This document shows positions 36,401 through 47,807 of a DNA stretch of 64,000 bases, one piece after another; the stretch's first letter is position 1; the number at the start of each line of letters is the position of its first letter. The position numbers were made by a program, and so were the translations under genes. The DNA lies in NCBI GenBank assembly GCA_043228905.1, contig JBHGNT010000002.1, positions 13,020,001 through 13,084,000 of the forward strand, read 5' to 3'. The DNA comes from Azolla caroliniana (taxonomy: Eukaryota; Plantae; Polypodiophyta). The notes under the pieces are model-generated. The model did no database searches. It worked only from the letters and a program-made list of their open reading frames with translations, and was not told the DNA's origin.

Positions 36401-39400
36401 AATCAGAAGCGTGGATTTTTCCGAAGAGAGGAACGTCGGGAGGCAGCGAGGAATGATAACCCGGTATCGGTACCGGATAACCGAAAAACCGAAGACAACT
36501 GCCGGAGCATACCCACCCTCCAAACCGGGGACAAAGAAGAAACGAGCAACAGTTGCAAGGTGTACTGTTATTACTGCCATAAGGAAGGCCACTATAGTAA
36601 CCAATGCCCAAGCAAAACCAATGACAAGCAGCCGGAAGTCAACATGGTTACAACCGAAATAACAGAAGTACAGTAGGTCACAACCCGGTCAAAGGGAAAG
36701 ACCGCCGAGTGGGAGGCCCAGGAGACAATCAGAAAACAAGCGACACAATGGATCAAGGAGGCCAATGAACAGAATGCGGCAGAAGTAAGAGACCAAAATA
36801 TGCCAAAAGACAAAGAAATCATACAGCCAAGAGAAAACCCGACGTGGCAAGCGCTACAGGACTGTCAAATCGTGCTACCGTTAGCATGACTACTACAGTT
36901 AGTGCCGCGGTTTACGGCAGACCTACAGGCATCCGTCAGCAAACCGAAGCTGACGCCAGCACCGACATTCTTCTCCAACCCGGAGGAAGGACCAGCGGTG
37001 GTCGATACAAGTAGCCCGGCGATCACGGCAATCGTGAAAGGAAAGGAAATTGCTGGAACGATTATTGACGGAGGCTCCGGGGTAAATGTCATCAGCCAAC
37101 AGACATGCAACGACCTGGGCATCCGGGAATGGGAACCATGCCCCTTTTGGTTACGCATGGCGGATACCAGCTCAGTCCGACCGACCGGGCTTATCCGGGA
37201 TTTGGAAGTAACGATCGGAGGCCACGTATTCCGGATATCGGCCGTGGTGCTGCAGCTGAATGTACAAGGCGTGTACCCCCTACTGCTAGGACGACCATGG
37301 CTGCGAACGACGCATATCAAGCAGAGCTGGCAAAAGAACATGATCACATTCCGGCGAGGGAAAACAAAGGTACGAGTAACGACGCAACCACGGGTGATCA
37401 CCAGTAAGGAAGCAACTCCATTGTATGCGAAAAGCATTAACATGTTGGAGGGATTACCGGACGAGGAAGTCGAGCGGTACCTCGAGGAACACCCACGAAT
37501 CGTCCCACTATTTGAGGTGGATATCACGGCGGCAGTAGAACCGTACATTACGACGCCGGAAGAACCGGACCAAGCGGTGATCCGGGAACTACGACAAGCG
37601 CAGGAATCCCTAGAGAGGGAAATGACGATATCCCAAAGGGTAAAAGCATCCCAACTCGAGGAGGTGGACCTCGGCACAGCAGACAAGCCCCGACCAGTAA
37701 ATGTTGCAAAGGAATTGCCGAAGGAAGAAAAGAAGGCAATGGTAGCATTGTTAACAGACTTCAAGGATGTGTTCGCGTGGTCGTACGAAGACATGCGAGG
37801 GCTGGACCCCCAGCTCTATCAGCACCAAATTCACCTAAGTACGGACGTGAAACCGATTGCTCAACGCAGGTACCGGATGAATCCGAATTATGCGGCAAAG
37901 GTGAAGGAGGAAATTGATAAGCTCCTCTGGGTCAGATTTATCCGACCGGTCAAGCAGGCAACCTGGCTAAGTCCGATAGAGGTGGTCCCGAAAAAGAACG
38001 GAAAAATCCGGGTATGCGTGGACTACCGAAAACTGAATGCCGTGACAGTGACCGATGCGTTTCCACTGCCATTTACGGACGGGGTGTTAGATGCGGTAGC
38101 CGGGCACGAAGTTTACAGCTTCCTGGATGGATTTAGCGGCTACAACCAAATACGAATGAACCCGGCCGACCAAGAGAAGACAGCGTTCGTGACGGAATGG
38201 GGAGTGTTCGTCACGGTCGTGATGATGTTCGGACTAAAGACGGCTCCAGCGACCTTTCAAAGGATAATAATGGAAATTTTCGGGGAATATATCCCCGGTT
38301 TTATGCAGGTCTTCCTTGACGATTTCGCGGTCTACAGCCGGCACGGAGAGCATCTCGATCACCTCCGGCTGTGCTTGGAGAAGTGCCGCGAGTACCGATT
38401 GAGCCTGAATCCGGCCAAGTGCGTCTTTGGAGTGGCAAGCGGAAACTTGCTAGGGCACGTGGTGAGTAAGGAAGGAATCGCGGTAGATCCGGATAAAGTC
38501 AAGGCGATTCTCGATGCACCAGCACCAAGTAACGCAAAGGCTTTAAGCCGGTTCCTGGGCCAAATAAGGTGGCATAGCTGGATGATACGGCACCTCGCGG
38601 ACTTCGCTACACCGTTACATACCGCCGTACATAGGGTACCCTTCCTATGGGCAGAGACGGAGGAGGAAGCCTACAAAGCGTTGAAGGTCATGCTGTCGCA
38701 AGCTCCGGTGGTGCAACCGCCGGATTGGAGAAAAAGCTTTCACGTCTTCGTCGACGCGTCGGACGTAGCAATCGGCAGCGTTCTGATGCAACTCACAGAG
38801 CCGAAATGGTACCGACCGGTGTACTACGCAAGCCGGAAACTCTCAAAAGCCGAACGGAATTACTCTACGACGGAACGCGAGGCATTGGGAATGGTGTATA
38901 GTGTCACAAAGTACAGGCACTATCTGCTCGGAAGGAAGTTTTCCTTCCATGTCGACCATCGGCACTACTCTACCTGGTCTCGAAGGCATCCCTGACGGGA
39001 AAAATTGCACGGTGGACATTGCTACTACAGGAATTTGAATTCGACATTTTCCACCGACCCGGGGCGCAGCATGCGGTAGCGGACTATCTAAGCAGACTTG
39101 AATCCGGAGAAGCAGGGGACGGCGTCCAGGATGAGTTTCCCGACGCCGAATTGTTCCGGATCACGACGAAACCGGCAACGGATACAACGGTAGCCGACGA
39201 AGACACATGGCTAACTGAGATGCACCAGTTCCTGAGCACCGGAGTTCCCCCGGACAACATGAACCGCGATGAAAGGAAAAGGGTAGCAGTAAGAAGTAGA
39301 CATTTCTGCTTGGTTGGAGACACCCTCTATCACAAGGGGGCAGATGGCATCTGGAGGCGAGCAGTGCGGAGCGATGAGAAGGATCTAATCCTCAGGGAAG

Positions 39401-40656
39401 CCCACTGTGGAATTGCCGGCGGGCATTATGCCGGCGACGCAACCGCTCGGAAAATATGGCAGAGCGGACTATGGTGGCCGACCACCCGAAAAGATGCCGT
39501 GAAGTATAGCAAAGAATGCGATTTGTGTCAACGACTGGGCCAACCCACAGAGCAGGCCCGGATGCCACACCACCCGGTCTTGCCCTTAGAACCGTTTCAA
39601 AAGTGGGGGTTGGACTTTGTCGGTCCCTTCAAACCACCGGCAATGCGAACCGGAAATCGGTATGTCATAGTGGCGACCGACTATTGCACCAAATGGGTAG
39701 AAGCAAAGGCCTTACGGGACAACACGGCCGCTTCCACGGCAAAGTTTCTGTACGAATGCATATGGTGCCGGTATGGATGCCCGATCGAGCTTATAAGTGA
39801 CCAAGGAGGACATTTTCTCGGGCAGGTAGTAGAAAGCCTGACGTCATTTTACGCGGTGGTACATAAAAAGAGTACACCCTACTACCCTCAAGCCAATGGA
39901 CTGGCGGAATCAACGAACAAAACTCTGCAGAACATCCTACGAAAAATCGTCAACGAGAACCAGACCGACTGGGATATGAAATTGCAAAGCGTGCTATGGG
40001 CGTACCGAACAACGTACAAAACCAGCATCCGGACAACCCCGTTCCGACTAGCATTCGGGTTAGAAGCGGTCATGCCGGTAGAGTTCCAGATCCCCAGCTT
40101 ACGGATTCAGGTAAAGGAGCGTTTAAGTGAGAACGAGTCCGAACGAATCCGACTGGCAACGCTGTTGGAATTAGAGGAAAACCGAATAGCCAGCTTACTA
40201 CAACTCGAACTGGAGCAAAGGAGGAGAAAAGCCTTCGTGGACCGACATTGGCGTGGCAATGAAAAGGAGTTCGAAGTCGGGAAACCGGTGCTACTATTCC
40301 AGACAAGGATGGGGAACATGCCGGGAAAGTTGCGGTTTCGATGGACCGGACCGTTCTGGATCACCAAGGAGTACAATGGGTCGTATCAGCTCGGCACGTT
40401 GTCTGGAGATGTCATCGGAAAGTGGGCAAATGGATTTCGGCTAAAGCCGTATAAAGGAAATATGCCAGCCAACCCGTTCAAGCGAAACCCGGAAATCCGG
40501 CAAGAGGAAGAACCGACACCGACAGACGTTGTTGAAGACATTCGGACCGAGGAAGAACCGACACCAACAAACGCTGCTGAAGACATTCGGACCGAGGAAG
40601 AACCGACACCGATACTGACGAGGACCTTCCCGGAAAACCGACACGAACCGACCTGA
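33405..40656 (+). pseudogene. Element D gag-pol (stops, frameshift, 1.45-kb internal duplication)
   Basis: ORFs 33321-34283, 35672-36676, 36902-38995 and 39019-40656 cover gag, PR, RT, RH and IN. Confidence 0.92.
34191..37093 (+). repeat. Tandem duplication of the gag-to-protease region (34191-35640 and 35642-37093)
   Basis: Direct sequence comparison. Confidence 0.92.
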
Positions 40657-40706
40657 ACCAACCCGAACAAAGCGGGGGGGAATAGCAAATGACGTGGTCC
40701 AAGCAA

Positions 40707-40836
40707 AAGAAAAATAAATAAATAAATAAATAATAAAAATAAAAATAAAAATAAAAATAAAAATAAAATAAAATAAAATAAATAAAAAATAAAAATAAAA
40801 AAAATAAAAAATAAAAAATAAAAATAAAAATAAAAA
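40707..40836 (+). repeat. (AAAAAT/AAAT)n tract between pol and the 3' ORF
   Basis: Seen directly. Confidence 0.95.
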
Positions 40837-41212
40837 TGACGTGGGCAGAATCGACGCGAATCATCGTAATGATGGGGAGATCACAAGAGGTGGGAGCGCC
40901 ACCATGCAACGAAGCGGCGCCATGCATTAAAGAAGGACGTGTGCGCACTTGCTATTTAAAGCAGAGAACGTGGGCACTCACACGCGGCAAACAAGAAAGG
41001 ACATACTAATTATGGCGGGAGAGGAACATGCGCGGGAAACGAAAAAGGACGGCTCGAGGCACAACCCACTATATAAGACACAGGCCTGCGAAGGGCTCAC
41101 GTTTTACGAATTTTCCTACATACAGGCGCAGAAGCACAGAAGAGCGACCCGACGCACAGAGCACACACAGCGCGATCCCGAACACCAGGCAGCAGATGAA
41201 GAATTCGAAGCA

Positions 41213-44149
41213 ATGGTACTGTCGGAAGAGGCACGCCAATGGATGAGGGAGAACGGGTTAAAAGGCTTGCTGCGGATCGCCGACGCTCCACCACACGCAG
41301 AACCAGAGCAGGCGGCAGCGTCGATCGATATATCAGAAGTCACGGAAGGAGCGGTGCAGGCACTCACGGGGATCAAAGCAGGAGGACTGCAAACAATCGA
41401 AAACCCTTCCAGTGAAATCCTGTTCGAATATTTCGGGGAATACTCTATCAGCAGCAAGGCGTACCGAACGCAGGGCGGAGAGAACCTGCTGTTCGGAGAA
41501 GTGGCCCGCGCTATGATGGAATACGGATTCGTGAATCCCCGTCCCCCAGCCATAGCCAAGTATCGGGCAGCATTCTTGATAGCAGCGTACGAGGGCTTAC
41601 AAATAAACTGGCTCCATTTCATAACCGAAGGATTGAAGGAGGCCATCAAAAATCTGGTGGAAGGAAAAAGGCCATGGGCCGGGATAGCGCAATGGCTAAC
41701 GGTGTTAGTCCCACCGGTACTCCCCATCACACAAAAGAAAAGAGGTCGGCAGGAGACGACGCCGAAACAGGTCACAAAGCGCCGACAGATCTTGGAGAAA
41801 CACACCCCCGGATGGACCCCGCAAGAAGCAGAACAGCAGGGGGAAGGACCATCCCGACAGCAACAGGAACCGGCCACAAAGGCAAAACCGGCAGGTAAAG
41901 GCAAAGGGAAAGCGGCTGAGGAGGAACCGGTAGCGCGCAAACCAATCCATATAACGCTGCGACGGCCGGAACCGGAACCAGAGGTCTCTAGACAAAAGGT
42001 CCGTCTGGTACCCGCACCGGAGGAGGAAACTGAAACAGAAGACTCATTCGAACCCCTAGTAAGACTCCCAGCAAGACAAGGTCGGGAGAAACGGGCGAAA
42101 GGACCGGCTCCACCAGTGGACAGAACTCAGCAGAGGGTGCAAGGACCATCTCCAGTAGCCGAGGCGGAAATAGCACCGGAACCTGTACCCAGGGAAGCAG
42201 CACCGACACCGGTTGGGCCGGACTTCAGAAAACCGGTCATCCCAGAGAAGAAGAAGGAACGAGCGCCGGAGCCGGAGCCAGAGAAGAGGCCGGAAAATTA
42301 GCCTGGCTTAAGTGAGCAAGGCCACCCCGAAATCGGAAGAACAAAGCCACAATGGCTGAGATGGCTTTCGGAGCAGTTATCGGGAGTAGCGGACCAGTTA
42401 GAGAAAGAAGAAACGTGTCGGCAACAGCTGACGCATACAACAACGCAGGAGTGGGTCACGCTCCGAACACAGATCGAGGAAATGCAAGGGGAGCTGTTGC
42501 AGGCAAGGGAAGGAATCCAACAAGCACAAGCTGTCACCGAGCCGGTCGGGACAACAAGGAAGCAACCAGAACCGGAACCGGAACCGGTAGCCTTGCAAAC
42601 CGGCCCTGAGACCGAAAAAATAATAGAAACCTTACGGGAGGAGTTACAAGCTCAGGAGGCATTAAGGGAAAGAGAAAGGGAGCAGCGGAAAGCGGTGGAG
42701 GATGACAGACGAAAAATGGAAGAAGGCCTCCGGAAAGGTTGAGCCGCTAATGACCGACTGCAAGAAGAAAAAGAGAAGCTGCAGAAGGAGAAGGACCGAC
42801 TACGTCGACATGCCGAACAAGAGATAGAACGACTGCAGGAAGAACTCCGACAACAGAAGGACCGGGACGATCGGTTAAGAGCTCAGGCAACCCGACGCCT
42901 GAAGCAGAAGACGGAGGACTTCGACCGTCTCTACCGAGATCACAAGTAGGCCGAGTCGGACAACAAAAAACGAGCAGCAGACTACGACCGGCAAATAGAG
43001 AAGCTGAAAGAGCAGCTGAAAGAGACCCGATTAGACCTGGCTAAGGTGATGGATGAGGTCAGTGCCAACAAGGAAGCATTGTCGGCGGAAATAGCCCAAG
43101 CAACGGAGAGAAGGAAGGAATTAGAGGCACTAAGGCGGGAAAAGCTGGACCTGACCAAGATCAGGAATGAAGAAAAGGAAAAATCGACCTTCACGATCAG
43201 CAAACGGCAGAGTACCTATGAAAAGCAGAAAGCAGATTACGAGGCCCAGGCTCAGATAATGGCCAACATTATAAAACGGGCAAGGAAGGAAAAGCAGGAA
43301 GCTTATGCGCATGCTAAGGCAGGAGTTGACCGGATCAAGCTCATCATGTCAGGATGGAGTACCCGAGCTCAGGCAAGTATCAACGAAAGTACGGAAAAGC
43401 TATGGAAGCAGTGGTCACAACAGGCAGCCGAGCTGCAGACACTCCGAGCGGATGCCGAGAATCGGAAGAAGACCGGCGACAGGTTCTACAAGATGGATGA
43501 AGAAAGTATCGTCGCCATTCGGGAGGAATTGTCGGAGGATTTCTACACTTTAGCAGAAGAACACCTTAAAGAAATCTGAGGGTTGGTAGAGAGGTTGGAT
43601 GACGGGCAGCTCGCAACTCAGTTGGAGTTGGAGAGATACGAGCAGGACCGGGTACGACAGGAAGCTAAGGGAAGAACGACGCCAACCACTATTGGTGAGG
43701 GAACGCGACCGGATGAAGATGAACCAACCGACACCGAACAACCCCGACAAGGAATACCTGAAGATGAACTCGAAGAAGAGCAGGAGCGGACCGATGCCGG
43801 AGAAGAAGAAGAGCAGGAGCGGACCGATGTCGGAGAAGAAAAAGAGTTGAGACCGGAAGACACCAGAGCAGAGGAAGGAGGCATATCAAGTCGACCAGTC
43901 GAGACCGGAGAAAGCGACACCGGTAACGGAACAGAGCCAGGAACGGAGGGAGAACAGGAAGAACCCGAACGAAGCGGTGAGGAAGCACCGGCACCACGGA
44001 ATCAAGCAGAGCCGGAGCAGAAAATTTTTACGGAACAACCTACCCAACAGGAGGTCGGAGACCAGGCAGGCAAGGAACAGGAACAGGAGGAAGAAGCACC
44101 ACTTGACACTATCGAGCAAAGTGTGCTCGATATTTTGGAGGAAGACTGA
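41213..44149 (+). pseudogene. Element D extra 3' ORF (~980 codons, a few in-frame stops)
   Basis: WMRENGLKGLL..YEGLQINWLHFI; KKRGR; coiled coil; ends QSVLDILEED*. Confidence 0.88.
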
Positions 44150-44168
44150 GGCCGGGTGTGGATTCGAA

Positions 44169-44199
44169 GTGCAAGGCACTTTCCCACGGGCGTGCCATG
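44169..44199 (+). promoter_or_regulatory. Hairpin plus tRNA-3'-end-like motif at the PPT position of D
   Basis: GTGC-AAG-GCAC-TT-TCCCACGGGCGTGCCA-TG|LTR. Confidence 0.8.
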
Positions 44200-44578
44200 T
44201 GTTGGCCGGTCAGAAGAGCAAGGACAAGTGGGAAGGCGGATCGGATAATAGGAAGTAATAGTAGAATTATTATTCGGAGGGACGGATTCGGTACAGTTAT
44301 ACCGATCCGGATCCGAACCGATTCGGATGTCGGTTGCCTAAGCGCACCGATTGTAACCTTGCCGGATGCCTATAAAAGGATCCGATGATTTGTAAAGTGT
44401 TTCGACGGAAGTAATACAATAGTACTTATTGTGTATTTATCTGTATCTCGTATTGTTTGCCGTCCGTGCTTAATTGTAATCATCTTATGCGTGGAACCTA
44501 GCATCCAATCCTTACCACCCCTTTGGAGAAGTGTCGGGTAGACACCTATGTTGAGGCTAGTCCGGCCAGACATACAAC

Positions 44579-47316
44579 CAGAAGAACTGTCGGCACTTCC
44601 GAAAAGACAAGGAAACCGACGGTACCGATTCGAAGCGGACACCGGACCGGAACAGTAAAGACCAGAGGGGGCCGGATTGGAAGGAAACGACGGAAATCGC
44701 GGCAAGTGAAGAAGAGTTGATGCTCATCACCGAGGAGAGTGAGTTGAACCTTGCCGTCGACGAGACAACGTGGGTTGTCGATTTTGGAGCGTCGTTCCAC
44801 CTTACCCTAGACCGGAAATGCTTCTCATCCTACACAGCCGGTGATCACGGCTGTGTCCGGATGGGAAATGAAGGTACATGCCGAATTGTCGGCATAGGAG
44901 ACGTGTGGTTGACGACATCAACTGGATGCAAGATGTTGTTGAATGATTTCCGACACGTTCCGGAGGTTCGACTGAACCTAATATCAGCCGGTCAGCTGGA
45001 TGATGAAGGCTACACGGGTAGCATCCGGAACGGTGTCATGAAGTTCAGCAAAGGGAGCTTGATAGTGGCTCGAGCCCGGAAAGTCAACACGATGTACTTG
45101 ATGAATGCCCGGTTATGATCGGAAGAAGTGAACGTGGCTTCCGACACTGCCGGTGAACTATGGCACATGAGACTGTGTCACATGAGCGTGAAGGGGATGA
45201 AGAGGCTTGCCGATGACAACCTCATTCTAGTGAAGAACGTGCACTTGGAGAAGGGCACTGATTTTCTAGCCGGTAAACAAAATCGGAACTCCTTCCAATC
45301 GAGGCCACCGATGAGACGTAATGCACCACTGGAGCTGGTGCATACCGATGTGTGTCAAGTGGACACGAAGTCACATGCTGGATCGCAGTACTTTGTGACG
45401 TTCATAGATGACCACAGCCGAAAGCTGTGGGTCACACCGTTGAAGACGAAGGATCAGGTGCTATCCGTCTTCAAAGAGCTCCACGCGAGAGTAGAAAGAG
45501 AAATCGGCCGGAAGCTGAAGGTGGTTCGACCAAATAACGGAGGAGAATACTGGGGGCAGTTTGAGGAGTATTGTCGCTCGATGGGAATCCGGCTCGAATT
45601 CACTGTGCCGAAGACGCCGGAACTAAACGGGTTGGCCGAGAGGATGAACCGGACCATAATGGAGAGGGCCCGGAGTATGTTGGCGCATGCAAAACTACCC
45701 AAGCAATTTTGGGTTGAGGCACTGTCAACGACAACATATGTGATAAACAGATCACCCTCAGTACCCTTGGACGGAGACACGCCACAGAGAGTCTGGACCG
45801 GTAAGGAAGTGTCCTACCGGCATTTGAAGGTATTCGGGTGTCTTGCGTACGTGCATGTAGCTAAGGACCAGAGAGGAAAGTTAGATCCGAAGACCCGGCC
45901 ATGAATATTCCTCAGTGATGGCGACGATGAGTTCGGCTACCAAGTGTGGGACCCGGTCGACCAGAAAGTATTCCGGAGTCGAGATATTATCTTCATGGAG
46001 GAAAAGACGCTCGCCGACTGGGAGTCGAAGAAGAAGATAATGAACTCCGAGTTGATCGGTAAGGAAAAATTTCGATTTGATGAAATGCAGTTCCAACCGG
46101 CAAGAAGCTGGTTAGCACTCGATGATCCGGCCGGTGACAGTGAGGAGACAAAACCGGCCGAAGAAGAAGAAGGAATAGGTGAAACCAAAACCGGACAAGA
46201 CCCCGAATTGGATTCAGATGAAGAGCAAATGGAGGAGCCGGCTACCAAAGCCCAAGGACGCAGATATCCTCTCAGAGAGAGAAGGGCCCCCCGGATATTT
46301 CCGGATCCAGAGCACGTATTGCTAACCGATGAGGGGGAGCCAGAAAGCTTCGAGGAAGCTAAAAGTGACGCCCATAGCCGCAAATGGTTAAGTGCCATGC
46401 AGGATGAGATGGATTCCCTACATGAGAACCATATGTGCAAATTGGTGGAGTTGATGAAAGGAAAACGGGCACTCCGAAACAAGTGGGTGTACAAGTTGAA
46501 ACCGGGAGATGCCAGCAACCCCCCAAGATACAAAGCCAGGATCGTGGTGAAGGGGTTCCAACAGAAGAAGGGTGTGGACTTCGACGAGATATTTGCCCCG
46601 GTAATAAAGATGACTTCCATCCGGACGGTGGTGAGTATAGCGGCAAGCATGGACCTCGAGGTAGACCAGTTGGACGTGAAGACGACATTCCTTCACGGTG
46701 ACCTCGAAGAGGAGATCTACATGCAGCAACCGGAAGGATTCGTGGAGAAAGGGAAGGAGGACCTGGTTTGCCGGTTGAAGAAGAGCTTGTACGGATTGAA
46801 GCAGGCTCCCCAACAATGGTACCGGAAGTTTGACTCCTTCATGACCGACCAAGGGTATCACAAAACGCAAACCGATCACTGCGTGTTTGTGAAGAATTTC
46901 GAAGGAGGTGACTTCCTGATACTCCTTCTGTACGTGGACGACATGTTGATTGTCGGACAGGACCAAGCCAAAATACGGATGCTGAAGAAGGCTCTCAACC
47001 GAACTTTCTCAATGAAAGACTTGGGCCCGGCAAGACAGATACTGGGGATGCACATCATCCGGGACCGGTCAAAGAAGCAATTGTGGCTGTCACAGGAGAA
47101 ATACGTGACAAAGGTGCTTCAACAGTTCAACATGTTAAAAGCAAAACCAGTCGGATCGACACTCCCGGCAAATTGCAAATTATCCGGTAAGCAAAGCCCG
47201 AAGACAAAAGCAGAGAAGGCGGATATGATGAAGGTTCCATATGTTTCTGCCGTCAGGAGCTTAATGTATGCAATGGTGTGTACTCGACGGGATATTGGAT
47301 ACGCAGTTGGAGTGGT
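44579..47316 (+). pseudogene. Copia G pol (protease, integrase, RT)
   Basis: WVVDFGASFH, LELVHTD, FIDD, NGLAERMNRT, LYVDD. Confidence 0.93.
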
Positions 47317-47807
47317 TGTTACCCGGCCGGCAAGAAGGCTTAAGGATTTCCAGACCAGAGTGTGAAAGGAATAGTTTATTTGGGAACTGTTGTAATTATT
47401 TTATTAATATGGACGGATGGACCGGAATCAATATGCCGATCCGAATCCGGACCGATTCCGAATAGGTGCCGGTTGGCACCGTTTTGTACTTCGCACCGGA
47501 GAGCTATATAAAGGCCCGATTACAATGTAATTGACAGCGGATAATAAATAGAACTTATTGCCTTAACCGTTCAGTATTGATTATCGTTCTGTACTCATTG
47601 TTATATCTTAGGCGTGTAATGACGTATTGCTAAGTAACCAATTAAGGTCTAATTAAGCGTTGTGTCGTAAGTCATCCTGTCGTAACACCCTTTGGTGAAG
47701 TGTCTTAAGTGGACACCCTGTGTTAGGCTGTTGTCCAGCCCTAGGATTAACATAGTTTTTGGCGATCACGATTCCTGCACAATCGCAGTGAACAGCGGCG
47801 GGAATGG

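Larger units (their letters stand above)
32973..44578 (+). mobile_element. Gypsy element D with extra 3' ORF
   Basis: LTRs 32973-33352 and 44200-44578 (2 substitutions seen); PBS at 33359; right TSD lost together with an adjacent host deletion. Confidence 0.93.

Noticed and set aside
40504-40612. 45-bp repeats in the D integrase tail, and short repeats at ~33840-33950 and ~43770-43840
   Set aside because: Ordinary slippage repeats in disordered linkers
36902-40656. Assignment of A-E to Tat/Ogre on the basis of the tRNA-Arg PBS
   Set aside because: No second archaeal-type RNase H domain is visible; lineage left as non-chromovirus pending phylogeny
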